In this document: in pieces, positions 10,561 to 19,304 of the stretch | How positions within the stretch are numbered: position 1 is the first letter of the stretch | Layout of the letters: each line of letters starts with the position of its first letter | DNA from: an uncultured delta proteobacterium | GTDB taxonomy: Bacteria; Desulfobacterota; Binatia; UBA9968 | NCBI GenBank assembly: GCA_963840855.1 | Contig: CAWJBB010000050.1 | Coordinates: 32,001-96,000 of the forward strand | Direction of reading: 5' to 3' | DNA length: 64,000 nt | Notes under the pieces: model-generated | What the model saw: only the letters and a program-made list of their open reading frames with translations | The model's database searches: none | What the model was told of the DNA's origin: nothing | Translations under genes and position numbers: made by a program

Positions 10561-12081
10561 ATGGCTGAAACCGACCGAGACTCCCATCGGCCCGACGTAA
10601 GCTTTGACGGGGGCGATCTCGACTGCGGGAGCGGCCTGCTGCTGCTCATTCGGAAACACATCGATCCTCTCGCTCGAGGACAGGTCCTTGAGGTCCGCTC
10701 GACCGAGCTGTCGGTGGAGCAGGATTTGCCGTCCTGGTGCCGGCTGACCGGAAATGAGTTGATTTCATGGACTCGCAATGCAGGCACGTGGAGCTTTTTA
10801 GTCTGCAAGGGATCGCTGGCCGAAAAGAGTGAGTCTCAGTCGCGTGCCCAATCTCGGCCCGACGCCGAGAGAAAAATGGACGCGGCACGGGTTTCCGAGC
10901 GGCGGTCGAAGCCGGCTTCGACTCCCGAGATAGCGCCGCTATCGGTCATGGGAATCGGCAGCTGGCCGCGACCGCGCTGGATGCTCCAGGCCATGCACGA
11001 GCATGTCGAAGGGCGGCTCGGCGAGGAAGAGTTCCAGGCGACCGCCGATGACGCCGTGCGGCTTGCCGTCGAGGCCCAGCTGCGGTCAGCGGTGGATGTT
11101 GTCACCGACGGAGAGCAGCGCCGCGACAACTATGCGAGCTTTGTCGGCGGGCTGTTGGAAAATTGCCAGCTTATCCCGCTCACGGATCTTTTGCCGCTGG
11201 TCGATGATCCGGAGGAGTTCGAGAAAGAATTGCTCTCGTTGGATGTGCCGGCCAGTGAAGTCCGCCACCCCGCGGTTTTCGGCAAGCTGAGAAGGAGAAG
11301 GCCTATCGCCGCACATGAGCTTGAATTTGTCCGGACGCTTACCGACAGGCCGGTAAAAATCGCTCTGCCGGGACCTTACCTCCTTACACGGATCATGTGG
11401 ATGGAATGCATCACCGATAAAGCCTACGGCAGTCGCGAGGAATTGGCCGGGGACATCGTGCAGATCCTGCGCGAAGAGCTTCACGATCTGCTGTCGGCGG
11501 GCGCGGCTTTGGTTCAGTTTGATGAGCCGGTGTTGACTGAGGTCGTCTTTACCGGCGCCAAAAACAGCCGCAGTTTCATGTGCGGCGCGCTCAGCGAGAA
11601 AGGCAGCGCGGAACATGAGCTTGCCTTCGCGCGGGAACTTATCAACCAAGTCGTTGACGACGCGCCTTTGGAGCGCACCGCCATTCACATATGCCGAGGC
11701 AATTGGACGCGCGACGAAAGCGCCGCACTGAGCGGCGATTACCACCCGCTTGTGCCGACGCTTAAGGCCCTCAAAGTGGGCAATTATTTATTGGAGCTCT
11801 GCACGCCGCGCGCCGGCGAGATCGAGGCGCTGAAAGAGCTTCCCCAGGATCGACGTATTGGCATCGGGCTCGTCAATCCCAAAACAGAGATCGTCGAGTC
11901 TTTGGAAGAGATTGTCGCAAAGGCGAAAAGCGCCGCTGACCTTTTCGGTGCCGACCGTATTTTCCTCAACCCCGACTGCGGCTTTGCAACGTTTGCGGAC
12001 AATCCGGTTTGCTCCGCTCGTCTCGCCGAGGCAAAACTCACCGCCCTAGCGCGCGCCGCGGAGATATTGAAGGCTCGATAG
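10561..12081 (+). CDS. TusA-like domain fused to a cobalamin-independent methionine synthase II (MetE C-terminal-like) domain
   Basis: N-terminal FDGGDLDCGSGLLLLIR...DLPSWC; GSWPRP, VTDGEQRR, QFDEP, HICRGN, NPDCG zinc ligands. Confidence 0.85.
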   Translation: MAETDRDSHRPDVSFDGGDLDCGSGLLLLIRKHIDPLARGQVLEVRSTELSVEQDLPSWCRLTGNELISWTRNAGTWSFLVCKGSLAEKSESQSRAQSRPDAERKMDAARVSERRSKPASTPEIAPLSVMGIGSWPRPRWMLQAMHEHVEGRLGEEEFQATADDAVRLAVEAQLRSAVDVVTDGEQRRDNYASFVGGLLENCQLIPLTDLLPLVDDPEEFEKELLSLDVPASEVRHPAVFGKLRRRRPIAAHELEFVRTLTDRPVKIALPGPYLLTRIMWMECITDKAYGSREELAGDIVQILREELHDLLSAGAALVQFDEPVLTEVVFTGAKNSRSFMCGALSEKGSAEHELAFARELINQVVDDAPLERTAIHICRGNWTRDESAALSGDYHPLVPTLKALKVGNYLLELCTPRAGEIEALKELPQDRRIGIGLVNPKTEIVESLEEIVAKAKSAADLFGADRIFLNPDCGFATFADNPVCSARLAEAKLTALARAAEILKAR

Positions 12082-12204
12082 CACAGTTCCTTGACGAGCC
12101 GCGCGCCGCACCTTCCTGTAAAGAACAAGGGGTCGAGAATGGGTCTTTTTACGCTCGCCTCGGACGATGGTTGTCGTTCAGTTTAATTCAACAGACGTAT
12201 CAAT

Positions 12205-12263
12205 GTAGGGGCGACCCCCTGTGGTCGCCCTGATTCGGGCAGGCACGGGGCCTGCCCTTGTAC
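12205..12263. repeat. GTAG-type REP doublet
   Basis: GTAGGGGCGACC...GGTCGCCC and GGGCAGGC...GCCTGCCC..TAC hairpins. Confidence 0.65.
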
Positions 12264-12364
12264 AAATTTCTGAGACTGAACCATTACCCGGTTTGCCGTG
12301 CACTTGCAGTCAAGCGCAGGTTTTGGTCTATAGAGGTTACTTAATAAACGAGGAGGATGCGCAC

Positions 12365-12757
12365 ATGGCTCAGATCCGGCATTTGGCGATCAGCTCGGAT
12401 GACACCGAGAAGCTGGCTAGCTTTTACAAAGAAGTTTTTGGTTTCTGGCAATCTCGTCCAACGCCAGAAGGACTAAAGACCATTTACCTGACGGATGGCA
12501 CGGTGGAGCTGGCTATTCTGGAGAACACGAACCAGCAGAATAGCAACGGCCTGCACCATTTTGGTGTGCAGACGGACGACATCGATGCCACTATCAACCG
12601 CGTAAAAAAGGCCCAGCCCGGCAAGGTGATTGGCAAGCCGGGATCGAGCTCGTCGAAAGACCTGTGGCTCTCAGATCCGTCAGGAAACCATATCTATCTG
12701 TCCGTTCATGGAACGCTCGAGTATCAGCCGGTGGAGAAATATGCCAATCGCAAATGA
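12365..12757 (+). CDS. VOC/glyoxalase family protein
   Basis: IRHLAI, LHHFGVQTDDID, DPSGNHI; GAGGAGG RBS. Confidence 0.88.
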   Translation: MAQIRHLAISSDDTEKLASFYKEVFGFWQSRPTPEGLKTIYLTDGTVELAILENTNQQNSNGLHHFGVQTDDIDATINRVKKAQPGKVIGKPGSSSSKDLWLSDPSGNHIYLSVHGTLEYQPVEKYANRK

Positions 12758-12814
12758 TTCGCAGGCGCACCGACTACAAAACATTAGCTCGTCGCAAAAG
12801 GAAAGGAACTAACT

Positions 12815-13219
12815 ATGAATCAGCTCCGGCATTTGGCTATACGAACCGAGGAACCCGAGAAACTCGCAGCTTTTTATATTGAGGCTTTTGGCTTTCGCGA
12901 GGTCAGAGAAGGTGTTCCGACCGCGCAAGTTCAACAAAGTAAAAGTTTACATTTGACCGACGGCTATTTTGAGTTGGCTATTTTGGCCAACTCGCCAAAC
13001 CAGAGTCCGAACGGTTTATACCACTTTGGCATCAAGGTGGACGACATGGATGAGACGATTCGCAAGCTGGAAAGCTGGCAGAAGCGTGTCCAGCGACGAC
13101 CAGCAGATACGTCCTTCGCAGAACTGCGCGTGTCGGACATCGATGGCAACCTAATGGATCTTTCTGTTCACGGTTTTCTGGAATACCAGCCCGTGAAATC
13201 GAGCAAGGAAGGAAAGTGA
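12815..13219 (+). CDS. VOC/glyoxalase family protein (tandem paralog)
   Basis: LRHLAI, LYHFGIKVDDMD, DIDGNLMDL; similar to the upstream gene. Confidence 0.88.
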   Translation: MNQLRHLAIRTEEPEKLAAFYIEAFGFREVREGVPTAQVQQSKSLHLTDGYFELAILANSPNQSPNGLYHFGIKVDDMDETIRKLESWQKRVQRRPADTSFAELRVSDIDGNLMDLSVHGFLEYQPVKSSKEGK

Positions 13220-14394
13220 GGATGCGGCTGCTATCTGCGCGGTCGTCCATAAAGGTTTTGCCGCGAAAGATTGCGATCTCCATTCTTCTGCTTCTGGGTT
13301 TCGCTATAGCGCGAGGATCGCTGCCCGCAACGGCAGCGGAGAATCCCGGCTGGCAAGCGGAGTGGGAGCGAATTGTTGCCGGCGCTAAGAAGGAAGGCGC
13401 GGTCTCTCTGTGGGGGGATATGGAGATCACTCACCCCGATATCGTGGCGGCGTTTACAAAAGAATTTCCGTTCATAAGACCGATCACCGTCACCGGCAGG
13501 GTCGGCGATCTCACACTGCGTATCTTATCGGAGCGGCGGGCCGGCAAATATCTGTCCGACCTTTATAGCGGCGTCATGGGCGGCGCGGCATTCTATGAGT
13601 TCTACCGCACCGGCGTGACGGATCCGATCAAGTCGACTTTTATTCTCCCCGAGATCACGGATGAATCGAAGTGGCTTGGCGGCAAGCATCACTATGTGGA
13701 CCCCGAGCACCAGCATATTATTCTTTACGAGGGAAACGTTGCTGGCACGAGCATTTTCTACAACACGGAGTCGGTAAAACCCACCGACTTTAGTTCTTAC
13801 TGGGATCTCCTTGACCCAAAATGGAAGGGGAAGATCGCCATGTTCGAGCGGGTCGGCTCCGGGTTTCCGAGCATGACGCAAATCTATTACAATTCCCGTC
13901 TCGGCCCCGATTTCATAAAGCGCTTGTTGAGCGAGATGAACGTCACGGTTTCGCGCGATCGGCGGCAAGCGACCGATTGGCTGGGAACCGGCAAGGTTGT
14001 TCTGTGCATAGGTTGCGCCGACGTAGAGCGCGCGAGCAGAGACGGAATGCCGGTCAATGAGTTGGACCGCAAATATCTTAAAGAAGCCGGCAACGGCATA
14101 GGCCTCAACGGCAACAGCGGGCTTGCTCTTATCAGTAAAGCGGCTCACCCGAATGCGGCCAAGGTGTTCACTAACTGGTTTCTCTCCCGCAGAGGGCAAA
14201 TGGTTTGGCAGGAAGTCATGAACGCAAAGGTCGGCGAGCCATCAAACTCGATGAGAATCGATATTCCGAAGGATAAGGTTCTGCCGCAAGCGCGGCGGGA
14301 GGATGGGGAGCAGTATCGCGTCACCGGTTTCCAGGATCCCGAGCCTCCGGCCAGACTCATCGACGAGCTTCTGGGAAGAAAAAAGGCCAGATGA
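13216..14394 (+). CDS. Extracellular solute-binding protein (Fe3+/thiamine-type ABC SBP)
   Basis: Signal peptide, AKKEG, WDLLDPKWKGKI, HPNAAKVFTNWFLS. Confidence 0.88.
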   Translation: MRMRLLSARSSIKVLPRKIAISILLLLGFAIARGSLPATAAENPGWQAEWERIVAGAKKEGAVSLWGDMEITHPDIVAAFTKEFPFIRPITVTGRVGDLTLRILSERRAGKYLSDLYSGVMGGAAFYEFYRTGVTDPIKSTFILPEITDESKWLGGKHHYVDPEHQHIILYEGNVAGTSIFYNTESVKPTDFSSYWDLLDPKWKGKIAMFERVGSGFPSMTQIYYNSRLGPDFIKRLLSEMNVTVSRDRRQATDWLGTGKVVLCIGCADVERASRDGMPVNELDRKYLKEAGNGIGLNGNSGLALISKAAHPNAAKVFTNWFLSRRGQMVWQEVMNAKVGEPSNSMRIDIPKDKVLPQARREDGEQYRVTGFQDPEPPARLIDELLGRKKAR

Positions 14395-14520
14395 GAAGAT
14401 AGGCATGAGGCGCGAGGCATTCGTTAAATCCTTAACAACATGATGAGCGACTAGTGTGATTTTGCTTCACATAAGCTCGGCAACGCTCAACGCAAATCGT
14501 TGTTGACAGAGGAGAATCCG

Positions 14521-15624
14521 ATGACACAGCAGTACAAAATCATTGATGGTGACGGCCACATTTTTGAGGACGGCGAAGGCATCGCCCGTCATTTTCCCTA
14601 CAGCGAGGCGGGTGGCCGCCTGAGGGGCGATGTCTTTCCTACCCAAAGCCACATCCAGTTCTCACTTACGCACAGACCCCCTGGCTCGTTTGGGATTGGT
14701 TCCGATGGTCGCTTTCACAACCCCGGACCCGAGGGATGGATTGAGTTCATGGATCAGATCGGGTTCGACTATGCGGTCCTCTTCCCCACCGCCGGCCAGC
14801 GCATCGGACGCATCGTGGACCGGGACTACGCCGTCGGCGCGGCCCGCGCATACAACGACTGGCTGGCCGAGGACTATCTGCGGCGGGATTCCCGCTTCAA
14901 GGGCATTGGTATTTTGCCGATGCATGACCCGGAAGCGGCGGTGGAGGAGTTGCGACATGCGCGTACGGAGTTGGGCATGGGTGGAGTTTTGTTCCCTGCT
15001 ACCGGAGTACACTTAAACCTTGGCGCCAAGCCGTACTGGCCGCTATACGCGGAAGCGGCTCGCTTGGGCTGTCCGGTGGTCGTTCACGGCGGCGGGCATT
15101 GGGACCTGGGTATGGAGACGATGAACGTTTCTACCGGCGCCAATGCCATAGGACATCCTATGTCTCTTGCGATCGCTCTGGCGGAGATGGTGTTCAACAA
15201 CCTCTTCGAGCGCTTCCCGGGGCTGCGGGTGGCCTATTTGGAAGGCGGCCCCCTTTGGTTCCTCATGGCTCTGGAACGCTTTTCCCGCTCTTACGAGGCG
15301 GGAACTCCGGTCAATCCACGCGGGGAACTGCTGCACTTGCCGGAAGGCCAATCCGTCGGTGACTACATCCGCGGGCTCATTCAGGCGGGTCGCCTCGTGG
15401 TGGGGATTGAAGGCGGCGAAACAGACCTTCCCTATGCGATCAAGGTAGCAGGGGACGGCGCTTTCATGTTTTCCTCGGACTTTCCTCACGAGGTGAACGC
15501 CCAGACAGTACTGAAAGAGATTCGCGAACTTCGGGAACGTGAGGAGATTAGCGACGCGGCCAAAGAGGCCGTCCTGCGCGGCAATGCCGCCCGGTTCTAC
15601 GGGTTACAGCCGGCTAAAAACTAG
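14521..15624 (+). CDS. Amidohydrolase_2 family protein
   Basis: IIDGDGH, RAYNDWL, VVVHGG, FSSDFPH. Confidence 0.92.
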   Translation: MTQQYKIIDGDGHIFEDGEGIARHFPYSEAGGRLRGDVFPTQSHIQFSLTHRPPGSFGIGSDGRFHNPGPEGWIEFMDQIGFDYAVLFPTAGQRIGRIVDRDYAVGAARAYNDWLAEDYLRRDSRFKGIGILPMHDPEAAVEELRHARTELGMGGVLFPATGVHLNLGAKPYWPLYAEAARLGCPVVVHGGGHWDLGMETMNVSTGANAIGHPMSLAIALAEMVFNNLFERFPGLRVAYLEGGPLWFLMALERFSRSYEAGTPVNPRGELLHLPEGQSVGDYIRGLIQAGRLVVGIEGGETDLPYAIKVAGDGAFMFSSDFPHEVNAQTVLKEIRELREREEISDAAKEAVLRGNAARFYGLQPAKN

Positions 15625-15680
15625 ACGCGCGCAAACAAGGCTGACGTTGGCAGTATTCGTGCAGCGGTTTTGACCCCGGT

Positions 15681-15920
15681 TTAAGACGCTCGCACCAACG
15701 CTTTCTTTAGAGGTCGGGGAATCTCCAGTCGAAAGAATCGGCCCGTCGAATAACCGTAATCTTCGCCGCTTTCGTCGACCACGACGCGGATGTATCCACG
15801 GGATTCCGTCTTCTCGTCCGGAATGATTTTGTAAAGTTTGCCGACCTCGAGGGAAGCCTCATAGCCGTCGTTATCGATGCAAACGGCGAAATGTACCGGT
15901 TTTTTTGTTCGCTTTTTCAT
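15681..15920 (-). CDS. Small conserved hypothetical protein (possible TA-type partner)
   Basis: FAVCIDNDGYEASLE...RVVVDESGEDYGY motif, recalled from small two-gene modules. Confidence 0.6.
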   Translation of the reverse strand: MKKRTKKPVHFAVCIDNDGYEASLEVGKLYKIIPDEKTESRGYIRVVVDESGEDYGYSTGRFFRLEIPRPLKKALVRAS

Positions 15921-16086
15921 TGTTAATCAATCAGTGGAAACTTTATTTTGAATTCTTTTCGACCCTTGCCGTGCGCCTTCCAAAAGACGATTTTTTGAGG
16001 AAAAAGAAACTTGATTTATTTCGGACAGGCTCTTGACTGGAAACCACGGAAGCGGGGTAACTCTTTGCTGACAAATAAGAAAAGGT

Positions 16087-16146
16087 TGGCGGAGAGGGAG
16101 GGATTTGAACCCCCGGTACGGTTCCCCGTACACTTGATTTCGAGTC
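16087..16146 (-). tRNA. 3' fragment of tRNA-Ser(CGA), from the anticodon loop to CCA; att-site duplicate
   Basis: Minus strand GACT-CGA-AATCAAGTG, long variable arm TACGG-GGAA-CCGTA, T-arm GGGGGTTCAAATCCCTC, CCTCTCCGCCA. No D-arm and no matching 5' anticodon-stem strand. Confidence 0.88.
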
Positions 16147-16249
16147 CCTACCCTCTCCCCTCGCATGCGCACCACAGACGGAAATAGACTACCAGCACAA
16201 GCAAGGTTCGCTGACTTCCACATCTGTTTTTGCACCGCGACGCCTACAG

Positions 16250-16387
16250 TTCTCGGACATTTCTCGGACAATTTCGGATGAGCGAAATGCTCTGGACTGG
16301 CACGCACCCTTGATTTCAAATCAAGTGGGCTACGTTAACTGCTGTTTATTATGAGGTATTTTACAAACTGTCCGTGAATTGTCCGTG
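16250..16387. other. Tyrosine-integrase attachment-region architecture (arm-type repeats around a tRNA-like core)
   Basis: TTCTCGGACA x2 (16250, 16261), core CTTGATTTCAAATCAAGTG (16309-16327), AT-rich spacer, inverted TGTCCGTG x2 (16369, 16380); 11-bp period. Confidence 0.6.
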
Positions 16388-16466
16388 TCTCTGCTTGTGT
16401 GAAGAAAAAAATTCGTACGCCCTACCCCCCAAAGAAAAAAAGGGTAAAAGATCAAAGGGCAAAGGA

Positions 16467-19148
16467 TTACGGAAGGTCCTGGGCAAGTCGAAAGCCGAGG
16501 TAGCTGATGCGGTCGTCGGCACTGGTCCTGCCGCCCCGGCCCGATGAACGCAGGGCCTCCGGGTCGTCGTCCCAGGAACCGCCGCGGAGCACACGCTCGA
16601 CGAACGATTTATCTATGTCCGTAGCACTTGGTCCAGCCGGGTTATCGTATTTGTTTATACACCATTCCCATACGTTTCCTGCCATATCGAGCACGCCCTG
16701 CCTCGTCGCTCCGTTCGGATAAACGCCCACGGCAGTTGTACGCCTCAGGTTACTTTCCAAACTGTTACATCGCGCCGCGTCCCACTCCGGGCCCCACGGA
16801 TACACGTTCTTTGCGTCACCTCCGGTCGTGGCTTGCTGCCACTCCCATTCCGCTGGTAATCGGACCTTCTTGCCAAGACGCGCGCTCAGCCAGCGGCAAA
16901 ACGCGACGGCCTCGTACCACGACACAGCTGTTCGTGGACTATTATTCTCCAGCCAAGTGGAACGAAGAGGCGCTGGGCTCGCCTCAATATTGTCCCACCA
17001 TTGCGGTTTGTGATAACCATCTTCCGCGTGAATAAAACTCTCGAACTGTGTATTCGTGACGAGATATCGCGAAATCCGAAACGAGTTCACCTCGAAAGTC
17101 TTTTCGACTCCTTCCAACTTCACGTTCCCCGCTGGAATAACGACCCAGTCAATGTCGGGAACGCCGTCTTCTGTTAAACCCACCCCGCGTCTCCGGTCGC
17201 CTAATGCGGCGAGATAGTGCCCAATGGTTAGTCGGTCCTGGTGTGATAGTAAGTCCTTGTGCAACCGCTGAAGCAATCGATCATGAGGCGCGACATATTC
17301 CCTCACGGCGGCGTCAATGCCGTGAGCGCCGACGCGATGCACGATTTCCCGCAGCCTGCCCAGCCGGTCGCTGTGCCATAAATATTGTAGGTCGTAGTCG
17401 TGTTTCACCCATTCTTTGGCTTCGATCTCCGCTTGGCGCAGCACAAAAAGATCGTCGCGGTTTTCAGCCACCCACCGGGTTAGAGCCGGCCAAGTCTCGA
17501 ACAACTTTTCGTGAGCGACAGAGACGGTGCTCTGCTTTCCCTCACCCTCAGCGGAAAGCAGTCGTTCTTTGCTCAAAATATCGACAATCGGGTGGAGATC
17601 GACCGCGAATGTTTCCTTTAATACACGCCGCCGTGTGGGTTGGCCGTCGATGTTGACCAAAACTAGCGGTTGAAAAATCTTGGGGAGCCAGGTATTCGGA
17701 TCGGAACCGACCTGCTTGGCAACCTGATCCTCAACCTTATTGACATGAGCGCCGATGGCGCCGGCGATACCGCCCAGGGCGTCATAAACGTTTTCGCTCA
17801 GCACATTGCCAGAGCGTTCTCGGAACAACCGCTCCAAGGCGAAAGCGAGCAGCGGTAAACTACCTGGCTCCGAGCCGGCATCTTGTATCAACCGGCGCAC
17901 GAGCCGATCTGGAATAGTAAGCGCCGCGCATTGGGCAGGTTTCACGATAATGTCAGCCATCATGTAGTTCTCCGCGCGTCCTAGCGGATAATGCCCGCTA
18001 CCGCGGAGCACCTTCAGAAGATCGTCATGCTCGTGACAATAATGCAAAAAATCGCTGCGAATTGTTGCGATGACTCGGAAGCTCGCTTCATTCACGGCTC
18101 TGAACAGAGCAGAGAGAAACGGTTCCGCGCGGTCTTTCGTTTGAACGGTGAACAACTCCTCCATCTGATCGAGAAACAATATCAAGCAATCGGCACTCAC
18201 GCCTTTAGTAATAATCGTTTTCAGGAGTTCCGAGAAGATGCCGGGCTCCGAAAGCAACCGCTGTCCCGATTCATATGAATTGACCCCAGCCCGCTCAGCC
18301 TCAGAGTGCAAGACACGCATGAGAGCATCGAAAGGATGACCGCCTTGGCTCGGCACCATGCGCTTGCATACGCAACTCACCATGCCGGTCAGGCCCAGCT
18401 CTTTTAGTTTCGGTAGTACGCCGGCATCAACGAGCGAAGACTTGCCGGTCCCGGAACCGCCGCTGATGATAAGGAACCGACCTTCCGCTTGACGCATCCG
18501 GTCGAGAACCTCCACGACCTCTGCGTCACGCCCGAAGAACACCGGTGCGTATTCGCGAGTGAAGTGCATCAGGCCGGGATACGGCGAGCCGTCTTTGTTG
18601 ATATCCCAGGTGATAGCGGGGGCTGATTCAGTTTTTTGCCGGGTGGTATCCTCGGTTGTCTTGTGTTGTTCCTGGTGCGTTGTAACGGCGGCAAGAACGA
18701 GCGCGGCAAGGTCATGCGGCGAGGAAAACAAGCTGGCCGTCTTCTCCGTGAGCAAATACTTCCGAAAGGAATTGATGCTCTCGCCCTTATCTTCCGCCTT
18801 TTGGGAATCCATGAAATCAGCCCGCCACGGTGTACTTTCGTTTACGACAAAAGTCAGGCAGGGCTTGCTAAGCCTCTCGGCTTGGCGAAATTCTAACTCA
18901 GTAATAGACAATTTGTCGGGATTTCCGTGTAATGCCGGCGGAACGTAACCGTAGCGAAAAGCAAAGATACCGACGTAAATATCAGTGTTCCTAACGTCCG
19001 TAAGACACTTGTCGACCGGGCGCTGGTCCGCAGCGACGTAATCCTCCATTGCGATAACATCATACCTGCTCTTGCGCAGGGTCTTATAAACAACCTCCCG
19101 ATATTCCTTAAGGTCTTCGTAAGTGGACGAGAGATAAATGGTCGTCAT
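16467..19148 (-). CDS. DUF4062 + nSTAND1 NTPase + FGE-sulfatase (CLec-fold) protein
   Basis: IYLSSTYEDLKEYR...GFRYG-like/SITELEF (DUF4062); PYPGL..F...FFGR, GGSGTGKSSL, LDQMEELF, LPLLAFAL, VAHE (nSTAND1); VTN.QF, RLPAEWEW, DMAGNVWEW, RGGSW, GFR (FGE). Confidence 0.9.
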   Translation of the reverse strand: MTTIYLSSTYEDLKEYREVVYKTLRKSRYDVIAMEDYVAADQRPVDKCLTDVRNTDIYVGIFAFRYGYVPPALHGNPDKLSITELEFRQAERLSKPCLTFVVNESTPWRADFMDSQKAEDKGESINSFRKYLLTEKTASLFSSPHDLAALVLAAVTTHQEQHKTTEDTTRQKTESAPAITWDINKDGSPYPGLMHFTREYAPVFFGRDAEVVEVLDRMRQAEGRFLIISGGSGTGKSSLVDAGVLPKLKELGLTGMVSCVCKRMVPSQGGHPFDALMRVLHSEAERAGVNSYESGQRLLSEPGIFSELLKTIITKGVSADCLILFLDQMEELFTVQTKDRAEPFLSALFRAVNEASFRVIATIRSDFLHYCHEHDDLLKVLRGSGHYPLGRAENYMMADIIVKPAQCAALTIPDRLVRRLIQDAGSEPGSLPLLAFALERLFRERSGNVLSENVYDALGGIAGAIGAHVNKVEDQVAKQVGSDPNTWLPKIFQPLVLVNIDGQPTRRRVLKETFAVDLHPIVDILSKERLLSAEGEGKQSTVSVAHEKLFETWPALTRWVAENRDDLFVLRQAEIEAKEWVKHDYDLQYLWHSDRLGRLREIVHRVGAHGIDAAVREYVAPHDRLLQRLHKDLLSHQDRLTIGHYLAALGDRRRGVGLTEDGVPDIDWVVIPAGNVKLEGVEKTFEVNSFRISRYLVTNTQFESFIHAEDGYHKPQWWDNIEASPAPLRSTWLENNSPRTAVSWYEAVAFCRWLSARLGKKVRLPAEWEWQQATTGGDAKNVYPWGPEWDAARCNSLESNLRRTTAVGVYPNGATRQGVLDMAGNVWEWCINKYDNPAGPSATDIDKSFVERVLRGGSWDDDPEALRSSGRGGRTSADDRISYLGFRLAQDLP

Positions 19149-19304
19149 GGCGTTAAATACGCGGAGAAAGTTGTACCTCGCGATGGTGTGCGGACGAATC
19201 AGAGCGTGTGCCGCCCCTTATAACCCATTGACAAAGAAAAAATCAAAGACAATGTAAGGCGTACGGGCAGGGAAAAGGACACAGATCGTTTCTGTGTGAT
19301 AATT

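Noticed and set aside
16087-16158. Functional tRNA-Ser gene
   Set aside because: The D-arm is absent and only 2 of 5 anticodon-stem pairs form.
15927-16319. 130-aa ORF across the tRNA fragment
   Set aside because: It translates the tRNA and att DNA; spurious.
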